Origin: Candidatus Limnocylindrales bacterium
Lineage (GTDB): Bacteria > Chloroflexota > Limnocylindria > Limnocylindrales > CSP1-4
Assembly (NCBI GenBank): GCA_038230295.1
Contig: JBBRNM010000004.1
Location: forward strand, 2,235-66,234
Direction: 5' to 3'
DNA length: 64,000 nucleotides
The notes below the pieces were generated by a model. That model was not told where the DNA came from and ran no database searches. It was given only the letters and a program-made list of their open reading frames with translations. The position numbers and the translations under genes are program-made. Below, in pieces: positions 58,086 to 64,000 of this stretch. Numbering within the stretch: position 1 is the stretch's first letter; every line of letters starts with the position of its first letter.

Positions 58086-59308
58086 GTGTCGACCACCAGC
58101 CGAGAGGCCGTCCGCCACGGGCCGTCGAGCGCGGCGCGGCGGGCGACGAACCCGGCCGCCCGGGCGACGGCAGTGTCGGCGGACGCCTCGGGGCCGCAGG
58201 CCAGAACGACCACGTCGAGCCCGGCGCGCCGCAGGTGTCGCAGCTCGGCGACGTACGCGCCCGGCTCGCGCGCCGTAACCACCACGACGGTCGTTCCGGT
58301 GCGGGTCGTCCGCCGGATGCGAGCGAGGAGGCGGTCGAAGTCCGCCGACGGTTGCGAGGACAGGCGCGCCAGCAGATCGAGGACCCGGTCGACCTGGCCG
58401 GGAGCGTCCGAGATCGGCAGCTCGGCGAAGCGGGCGTTCGTCCGGGTGTAGCCGGCGGCCGAGATCCCGAAGGCCGCGTGCTCCGATGCCAGCGACCGGG
58501 CCAGCGAGGCCGCGACCACGCACAGGCTCTCGACCTGCTCGGGGCTCGTTGTGGCCCAGGCCGATGCGGATTGGGTCTCGATGTCGAGCGCGATGAGGAC
58601 CTGCCGCTCCTGGGACGGCTCGAAGCGCTTCGTCATCGGTCGCCCGAGGCGGGCGCTCGTCCGGGCATGGATCCGGCGCAGCGGATCCCCCGGCGCGTAC
58701 GGCCGGACCCCGGCGAAGCGCGACGGGTCCTCGGCGAGCCCGGCCCGCGAGCGGTGCAGGTCGCCCCAGCGATCCGGCCGGGCGAGGCCGGGCGCCGCCA
58801 CGCTCCTGGGCCGCACGAGGAACCGGTCCACGGCCGATTGCTCGGCGGTTGCCGCCGGACGGGCGAAGAGGTCGCCGACAGCCAGGGCCACCGGCCCGAT
58901 CTCGAACACGCCGCGCTGGTCGGCGACGAGCCGGACATGCCGCGTGACCCGCTCGAATGGAGCCAGCGTCCACGTGTTGCGCAGGACGTCGCCGAGCTCG
59001 TCGGTCCCGACGAGATCGCGACCCCGGACGGCGACCCCGTCCGACGCCATGTCGTCGGCCCGCAGCCACGCCAGCGGCAGGCGCTTCCGGTTCCAGACCT
59101 CGATCGTCATCGGGATGTCGTCACCCCACGAGGTCCGGTTGGTCGCGAGACGCCGGACGTAGCTGACGCCGTCGAGGCCCTGCACCTGCCAGAGGTGGTG
59201 GACGAGCTCGACGATGACGACGACGAGCCCGAGGATGACCGCGACCGGGATCCGCAGCAGCCCGCCGATCAGGATCAGCCCGATCGCCCCGAGCGTGCGC
59301 GGGGTCAC
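58082..59308 (-). CDS. DUF58 (vWA-like) protein, MoxR partner
   Basis: From GTG 59308: two N-terminal TM helices, then ...FAGVRPYAPGDPLRRIHARTSARLGRPMTKRFE (DUF58 signature). Confidence 0.85.
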   Translation of the reverse strand: MTPRTLGAIGLILIGGLLRIPVAVILGLVVVIVELVHHLWQVQGLDGVSYVRRLATNRTSWGDDIPMTIEVWNRKRLPLAWLRADDMASDGVAVRGRDLVGTDELGDVLRNTWTLAPFERVTRHVRLVADQRGVFEIGPVALAVGDLFARPAATAEQSAVDRFLVRPRSVAAPGLARPDRWGDLHRSRAGLAEDPSRFAGVRPYAPGDPLRRIHARTSARLGRPMTKRFEPSQERQVLIALDIETQSASAWATTSPEQVESLCVVAASLARSLASEHAAFGISAAGYTRTNARFAELPISDAPGQVDRVLDLLARLSSQPSADFDRLLARIRRTTRTGTTVVVVTAREPGAYVAELRHLRRAGLDVVVLACGPEASADTAVARAAGFVARRAALDGPWRTASRLVVDT

Positions 59309-59309
59309 G

Positions 59310-60419
59310 CTAGCCGGCCGCGATCGGCGGGGCCGGCACCTCGCCGAGGATGCTCGCGAGCGCCCCGCCAGCCGTCGCGCCATGGATGCTGCGGTCGAGG
59401 TCGACCACGAGCCGGTGCTCCAGCACCGGGCCGGCGACGGCCTTCACGTCGTCGGGCAGGACGAAGGACCGGCCGGCGAGCACGGCCGCCGCCTGAGACG
59501 TTCGATAGAGCGCAACGGTCGCCCGGGGGCTGGCGCCGAGCTCGACATCGCGATGCTCGCGCGTGGCCCGGGTGATCGCCACGACGTACGCCTCGACCTC
59601 TTCGGCGACATGGATCTGGCGGACCGCCTCGCGGAGGGCGAGGATCCGGGCCGCGTCCGCTATCGGCTGGATGACGTCCAGGGGTTCCAGGCCGGCCTGG
59701 AAGCGGCGAGCGATCGCGCGCTCGCCGGCCTCGTCCGGGTAGCCCACGCGGGCCCGGACCAGGAATCGGTCGAGCTGCGCGTAGGGCAACGCGAACGTGC
59801 CCTCGAACTCGATCGGGTTCTGCGTCGCGAGGACCACGAACGGGCGGGGGAGCGGGCGCGTGGCGCCCTCGATCGTGACCTGGCGCTCCTGCATCGCCTC
59901 CAGGAGGGCCGCCTGGGTTCGCGGCGTCGCGCGGTTGATCTCGTCGACCAGCAGGATGTTCGTGAAGACCGGGCCCGGCGCGAACCGCAACGTCGTCCCC
60001 TCGAAGATGCTGGCTCCGGTCACATCCACGGGCAGCAGGTCTGGGGTGCCCTGGATGCGGCCCGTCTCGAGGTCCAGCGCCCGGGCCACGGCCCGGGCGA
60101 GGAGCGTCTTGCCGGTTCCGGGAACGTCCTCGATGAGGACGTGCCCGTCGGCGAGGAGGGCGAGCGCGATGAGCCGGAGCGCCGCTTCGGCGCCCACGAC
60201 GGCCCGCCCAACCTCGGTGGCGAGGTCCTGCCAGAACCGCCCGGGTCGACTCCCGGGCTCGCCGGCCGGACTCGCCTTGACGGCGGTCCCGGCCGGATCG
60301 GTCGCTGCGGTCCCTGCTGTCGTGTCCGTCGCTGCCTCCTCGGATGGTCGGTCGCTCGGTGAGAGTACGGGCGGCTGGCGCGAGGTGTTCAGCCGGACCC
60401 CCGATGTATGATCGGCCAC
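59310..60419 (-). CDS. MoxR-family AAA+ ATPase
   Basis: HVLIEDVPGTGKTLLARAVARAL (Walker A); ILLVDEINRATPRTQAALLEAMQERQVT. The N-terminal ~70 aa are low-complexity, so the start is uncertain. Confidence 0.9.
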   Translation of the reverse strand: MADHTSGVRLNTSRQPPVLSPSDRPSEEAATDTTAGTAATDPAGTAVKASPAGEPGSRPGRFWQDLATEVGRAVVGAEAALRLIALALLADGHVLIEDVPGTGKTLLARAVARALDLETGRIQGTPDLLPVDVTGASIFEGTTLRFAPGPVFTNILLVDEINRATPRTQAALLEAMQERQVTIEGATRPLPRPFVVLATQNPIEFEGTFALPYAQLDRFLVRARVGYPDEAGERAIARRFQAGLEPLDVIQPIADAARILALREAVRQIHVAEEVEAYVVAITRATREHRDVELGASPRATVALYRTSQAAAVLAGRSFVLPDDVKAVAGPVLEHRLVVDLDRSIHGATAGGALASILGEVPAPPIAAG

Positions 60420-60437
60420 TGCCTCCGGAGAGGCCCA

Positions 60438-60514
60438 GGGCGATTAGCTCAGCCGGTCAGAGCGCACGGTTCACATCCGTGAAGTCACTGGTTCGAATCC
60501 AGTATCGCCCACCA
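60438..60514 (+). tRNA. tRNA-Val (CAC)
   Basis: Cloverleaf by hand: acceptor GGGCGAT/ATCGCCC, D arm GCTCAGCCGGTCAGAGC, anticodon stem CACGG/CCGTG with loop TTCACAT, T arm ACTGGTTCGAATCCAGT, encoded CCA. Confidence 0.95.
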
Positions 60515-61966
60515 TAGTGACCTCGAGCGAGGCCGGGAGTGCGAGGACCAGGCCTCGTCTCTCGGCCTCGTCTGTTGCCTCGACGCTGACGATTCGATGG
60601 GAGCCCCGCTTTGAGCCCGACACCACGCCGAGGCGGGCGAAGGTCGCCACGGCGAGGTGACGGCGGCCTTCGTCCGAGGTCTCCCGCCAGAGCTTCTCCA
60701 GCGACGCGAGCCAGCCCAAGGCTTCGTCGGGGTCGACCTCGTCGCGCTCGGCCGGTCGGGACGTCAGTGCCTCTCGCTCGGTCCGCGCCCGCTCGATGTC
60801 CGCGACGATCTCTGCGCTGCTCCGCTGCTGGGCGCCCGTCACGATCTCGGCGGCGAGCGTCTTCAAGCGGGCCTCGAGGCGAGCCATCGCTAGCCGATCG
60901 GGCATGACGATCGTCGGCCGGAGGGCGGCCCTGATTCGCGCGGCACTGTGGCGGTTGGGTGCCACCCCGTCGAGGAGGGCGCCGACCTGTGCGTCGAGGA
61001 GTTCGCTCGGCACCTCACGCACGGGCCAGCCCGCGCAATCGGGACCATCGCGGTGGCGGTAGACCGTGATCTTCGTGCCGTTGCGTCGACCGCGGGTGTC
61101 GCCCTTGGCCGTCAAGCCGCAGGCGTCGCATACGAGCGGGCCGTTGCCCGAGAGGGGATACGTCCGGTTGCGACGGACGCGATTGCCGATCCGGGTCCGG
61201 GCGCGCCGGTACGCCTGAGCTCGCTCGATCAGGGCAGCGTCGATCGGGGCTGGAAAGCGCGTCGATCGACCGTCGCGCAGCCGTCCGGCGTAGAGGGGCG
61301 AGCGCAGGACGCCGCGGACCGACCAGAGGGTGAGCCCGGTCGTCGCAGCGATCGTGCCGTCTGCGGCGCCCTGCGCGGCGATCTCCCAGACCCGGTTCGC
61401 CGCCGGCATCGAGCCCGGGTCCGGTTCGATCAACTTGCGCTCGCCGACGCGGCGGAACCCGAGGGGGACGAGCCCGCCGCCCTGGTCTGCGTAGTCGCGG
61501 ATCTTCGCCGCATAGCCCGCGTGGACCGAGCGGGCCAGCCGGCGGCTATAGGCCTCGGCCTCGACCGTCTCGCGGGCCCAGTTCTCCCAGGCGCTCTCGT
61601 CGGAGGATAGGACTCGCTCGTCGGCGAACAGGAGCGCGGCGCCGGCCTCGTGGAGCTGGTGGCGGGCGTTCACCGCGGTTCGCAGGTCTCTGGTGAAGCG
61701 GGAGACGTAGCCGACGACGAGGATGTCGTAGTCGCGGCCGGCCCGAGCGAGCATGTCGGCGAACTGGCTCGTGCTCCCAATCGTGCGCCCGGAGTGGGCG
61801 ACCTGCCAGGCGATGCCCGTGTCGACCATGCCGAATGCGGCGATCGCCTGGGCGCGCTGCTCGCGCTGCGCCGCCGGGCCGAACCGCTCGGCCTGCCGCC
61901 CGGTCGACTCACGGCCCCAGTGGGCCGTCGACCGGCGAGGTCGTCGAGGGACTGGGGGAGCTTCAT
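60471..61966 (-). pseudogene. Large serine recombinase (phage-integrase type) with an apparent 5' frameshift
   Basis: Resolvase-core remnant DILVVGYVSRFTRD, recombinase domain, and zinc ribbon LVCDACGLTAKGD...YRHRDGPDCAGW followed by a coiled coil. The catalytic-Ser block TAHWGRESTGRQ lies upstream of the first in-frame start (61829) with no start codon. An ATG at 61966 (MKLPQSLDDLAGRR) is in another frame. The last 15 codons are antisense to tRNA-Val. Confidence 0.65.
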
Positions 61967-62379
61967 GGCCGACCGTCTACGGCCATCAGCATCGGTCGGT
62001 GACCCCGTGGGTCTCCGATCCGGGACGCCTCCTCGATCGCGAAGACCACCGCGGCCTCGAAGCGATCAAGGATCGCGGGCCGATCTGGCGCGATGAACTC
62101 CGCATGGCGACATGAACGCTCCGTCGAGCGCGAGCTGGCAAGGCCGGGCAGGAAAACGGCAGCTTTCGCAGAGGGGCGCGTGAGAGACGGCAGTGGGCGA
62201 GCGATCGAAGGGCGTCGTCCGTGGCTTCGATCAAGGAGCCCTGCCCGTCCCAATCGACCGCCGGGGGTACTCCGGGGGTGGCCCTGTGGCCCGGAATCCG
62301 CCTCGGTCTCGTCGGTGGTGTTCACGGTGAGCAGGAGTCTGGGCTGGCGGACGCCGTGCCCGATAGACCCGCCAATCAT
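61963..62379 (-). CDS. Hypothetical ORF upstream of the recombinase
   Basis: Its TGA overlaps the recombinase ATG 61966 (ATGA). Only the C-terminal part looks coding (HAEFIAPDRPAILDRFEAAVVFAIEEASRIGD), and the start is undefined. Confidence 0.3.
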   Translation of the reverse strand: MIGGSIGHGVRQPRLLLTVNTTDETEADSGPQGHPRSTPGGRLGRAGLLDRSHGRRPSIARPLPSLTRPSAKAAVFLPGLASSRSTERSCRHAEFIAPDRPAILDRFEAAVVFAIEEASRIGDPRGHRPMLMAVDGRP

Positions 62380-62400
62380 CCAGACGTTGATTGGGTCGGC

Positions 62401-63195
62401 TCAGCCCTCGCGTGCCGCCCGCCGAAGCGTCGCGACCCGCTTTCGGACGGTCGAGTAGTCGCCAGCGGCGCCGGGCGGCCAGACGCCGGAGGTGGTCGCC
62501 TCGGCGGCGATCTGCGCCGTCTTGAGCGGCAGGCCGGAGACGTCGGCCGCCCGGATCTTCGCGATCAAGGTCGCCCGCGCCGGAGAACGTGACCCGCGCT
62601 GGCGACCCGGTGTTCTGGATGCGAGGCCCAGTGCGTGTCGCTGGAATTGAACCAGCGCGGAGACCCGCGGCCAGACCGTGTGGTCGACGTCGTTCATCAG
62701 AACCCATACCTGCCCCGGCGCGAGTCTGGCCCGGAGCGCCTCGACGTCGGCCTCGTTGACGAGAGTCGCCACGACATCGCTGGGGACACCGGGCAATGCC
62801 CGGACGCGGACCTCGACGGGCGGGGCGAGCTGCTCCCCGGTGGTGACCGACAAGAGCCATGTGAGGACGAAATGCATGATCGTTCGATCTGGCACCCCGA
62901 GGCGCTTGACCACAGGCAGCTGTTGGAACCGCCGGACCAACGAACCGATCGCCTCATCCACAGGTTGGGTGTCCGTCGCGGTCATGCTCCCGTCCGCTGG
63001 CAAGGCCTGAAACCTGGCCAGCGTGTTAGTCGCGGCGCCGGCCAGCTGCGGGTCATCCCGGATCGCCTGTGCCAGCGACGCCCCGACCTCGTCGAGCGCG
63101 CGGCGCAGGTTCGGACTCGCGAGATCCTCGAGCGCCTGCCCGGTGGGTGCTGGGCGTCGGTTAGCGCGGGTTCGTTCGCCGCCTGTCGTGCTCAC
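62401..63195 (-). CDS. Hypothetical protein (264 aa) of the island
   Basis: GTG 63195. Coding-like composition throughout: ...RRFQQLPVVKRLGVPDRTIMHFVLTWLLSVTTGEQL...GQVWVLMNDVDHTVWPRV...TLIAKIRAADVSGLPLKTAQIAAE. No family recognised. Confidence 0.6.
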   Translation of the reverse strand: MSTTGGERTRANRRPAPTGQALEDLASPNLRRALDEVGASLAQAIRDDPQLAGAATNTLARFQALPADGSMTATDTQPVDEAIGSLVRRFQQLPVVKRLGVPDRTIMHFVLTWLLSVTTGEQLAPPVEVRVRALPGVPSDVVATLVNEADVEALRARLAPGQVWVLMNDVDHTVWPRVSALVQFQRHALGLASRTPGRQRGSRSPARATLIAKIRAADVSGLPLKTAQIAAEATTSGVWPPGAAGDYSTVRKRVATLRRAAREG

Positions 63196-63468
63196 GGCTG
63201 CCTCCGGCCGAACTCCTCGCGAGGACGGATCGTGGATGGGTCAGCGCGCCACCCGACGATGTGCTTCTCGCGCTGTTCAATGGTCGCAGACCTATGCGGT
63301 CCTCCCGCGGGCGGGCGGCAAGAAGATCGCACCATGCCGAGATCGTGGTGATCGAAGTGCTTGGGGCCCTTACCTCTCAGGCACGAGAACGCACCCAGTC
63401 GGCATTGGCCCCCGAAGCCTTGACTACGACGTGGCGGTGCACGAACACAGCCGCAATCGGAGCTCGGA

Positions 63469-64000
63469 CTATGGCCAACCCCGCGCCGTGAAGTTGTCGA
63501 GTCCATCGCAAAGGGTGCTGAGCATGTCAGCCACCGACTGTCGGCAGTCTCGGGTCAGATGCTCGTCGTAGTCCTTATCCCCAACATGGAAGTCGCTCAG
63601 AGTCAGTTTGTCCGGCGGAAGCGGTCCGGCCGGCGTTCCTGCCGACCGATTAACTGACCGTGCCGGCGCTGCCCGGTGGACGAGGATGTTCCTCCGATCG
63701 GTAAGGGCGACCCACCCTGGATCCTTCACGACCGACGCAAGAACCTTTGAGAAACGGTCGCCAACGTATGCGGCCTCGAAGGCGCGCAACGTCGAGGTAG
63801 GCTCACGTCCCGTTGCTGCTTACGACTGACAATCCGAAAGACCGTCGGGTCCTTCAGCGCCCCAGCCGCGAAGGCTGCGTAGAAGAACGATTCGATAGCC
63901 GAGCAGCCGTTAACGAAGGAGCCGTACAAGTCACGCTGCTGCCGATAACGGTCCCACCCGCCGACGTTCCCTCCGTGCCTCGCGAAATCGCTCCGGAACG
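63469..64000 (-). pseudogene. Split gene with a HEPN-like Rx4H motif (runs off the right edge; one frameshift near 63790-63800)
   Basis: The upstream frame is open to the window end: FRSDFARHGGNVGGWDRYRQQRDLYGSFVNGCSAIESFFYAAFAAGALKDPTVFRIVSRKQQRD. After a shift at a GGG run the downstream frame reads REPTSTLRAFEAAYVGDRFSKVLASVVKDPGWVALTDRRNILVHRAAP (RNILVH = Rx4H). This is the lowest-GC part of the window. Confidence 0.4.

Larger units (their letters stand above)
60515..64000. mobile_element. Left end of an integrated element abutting tRNA-Val (extends beyond the window)
   Basis: The recombinase gene overlaps the tRNA 3' half. All downstream ORFs are of unknown function. GC content is visibly lower toward 63400-64000. 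Two genes carry frameshifts. The right boundary and att repeat are not in the window. Confidence 0.5.

Noticed and set aside
63192-63506. 104-aa minus-strand ORF in the island
   Set aside because: The sequence is mostly non-protein-like (Cys/Arg/Gly/Pro runs). Only its GTGA junction with the next gene argues for it. It is mentioned under the neighbouring finding rather than called as a gene.

Overview
This 64 kb window is a very GC-rich chromosomal segment (about 70% by eye, not computed) from a bacterium with Terrabacteria-like gene content. The dcw cluster has ftsA plus an sbp/DUF1290 gene, and the Sdh membrane anchor resembles the mycobacterial Sdh1 type. The phylum cannot be fixed from this window. 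Most of the window is core housekeeping, and most long ORFs in the six-frame track are GC-driven shadow ORFs or 5' over-extensions of real genes.

Gene content from left to right:
- A zinc-ribbon/adenylate-cyclase/ATPase regulator that runs off the left edge.
- dnaG-rpoD, two tandem VOC paralogues, a rhodanese, tRNA-Asn, msrB, amt, an Eis-like GNAT, an alkA-like glycosylase, msrA, plsC and a UbiA prenyltransferase.
- parB-parA.
- A propionyl-CoA to succinyl-CoA operon: pccB, split biotin carboxylase and BCCP, the methylmalonyl-CoA mutase catalytic subunit, and the epimerase.
- sucDC, an icd-like dehydrogenase, sdhCAB, an RNase H, and RNase P RNA (rnpB).
- A complete dcw cluster (mraZ, rsmH, ftsL-like, ftsI, murF, mraY, murD, ftsW, murG, murB, ddl, ftsQ, sbp, ftsA, ftsZ) followed by yggS.
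- A MoxR/DUF58/DUF4129 operon.
- tRNA-Val, abutted by an integrated element that carries a frameshifted large serine recombinase and runs off the right edge.

Most interesting non-standard signals:
1. Three copies of a 20-bp palindrome (core TCyTTGCGCAArGA) bracket parAB, one of them inside parB. The window has no canonical parS, the ParB helix-turn-helix looks divergent, and a DnaA-box pair lies nearby.
2. Two tandem paralogous 68-aa HxH...CxxC proteins start 15-30 nt after the rnpB 3' end, with a convergent Cys-rich 81-aa ORF.
3. A structured, palindrome-rich promoter region lies upstream of dnaG.
4. Three conserved genes have homology-expected N-termini that fall on ATC codons, with no canonical start available.
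5. The tRNA-Val island contains a split gene with a HEPN-like Rx4H motif.

No CRISPR array or rRNA was seen.
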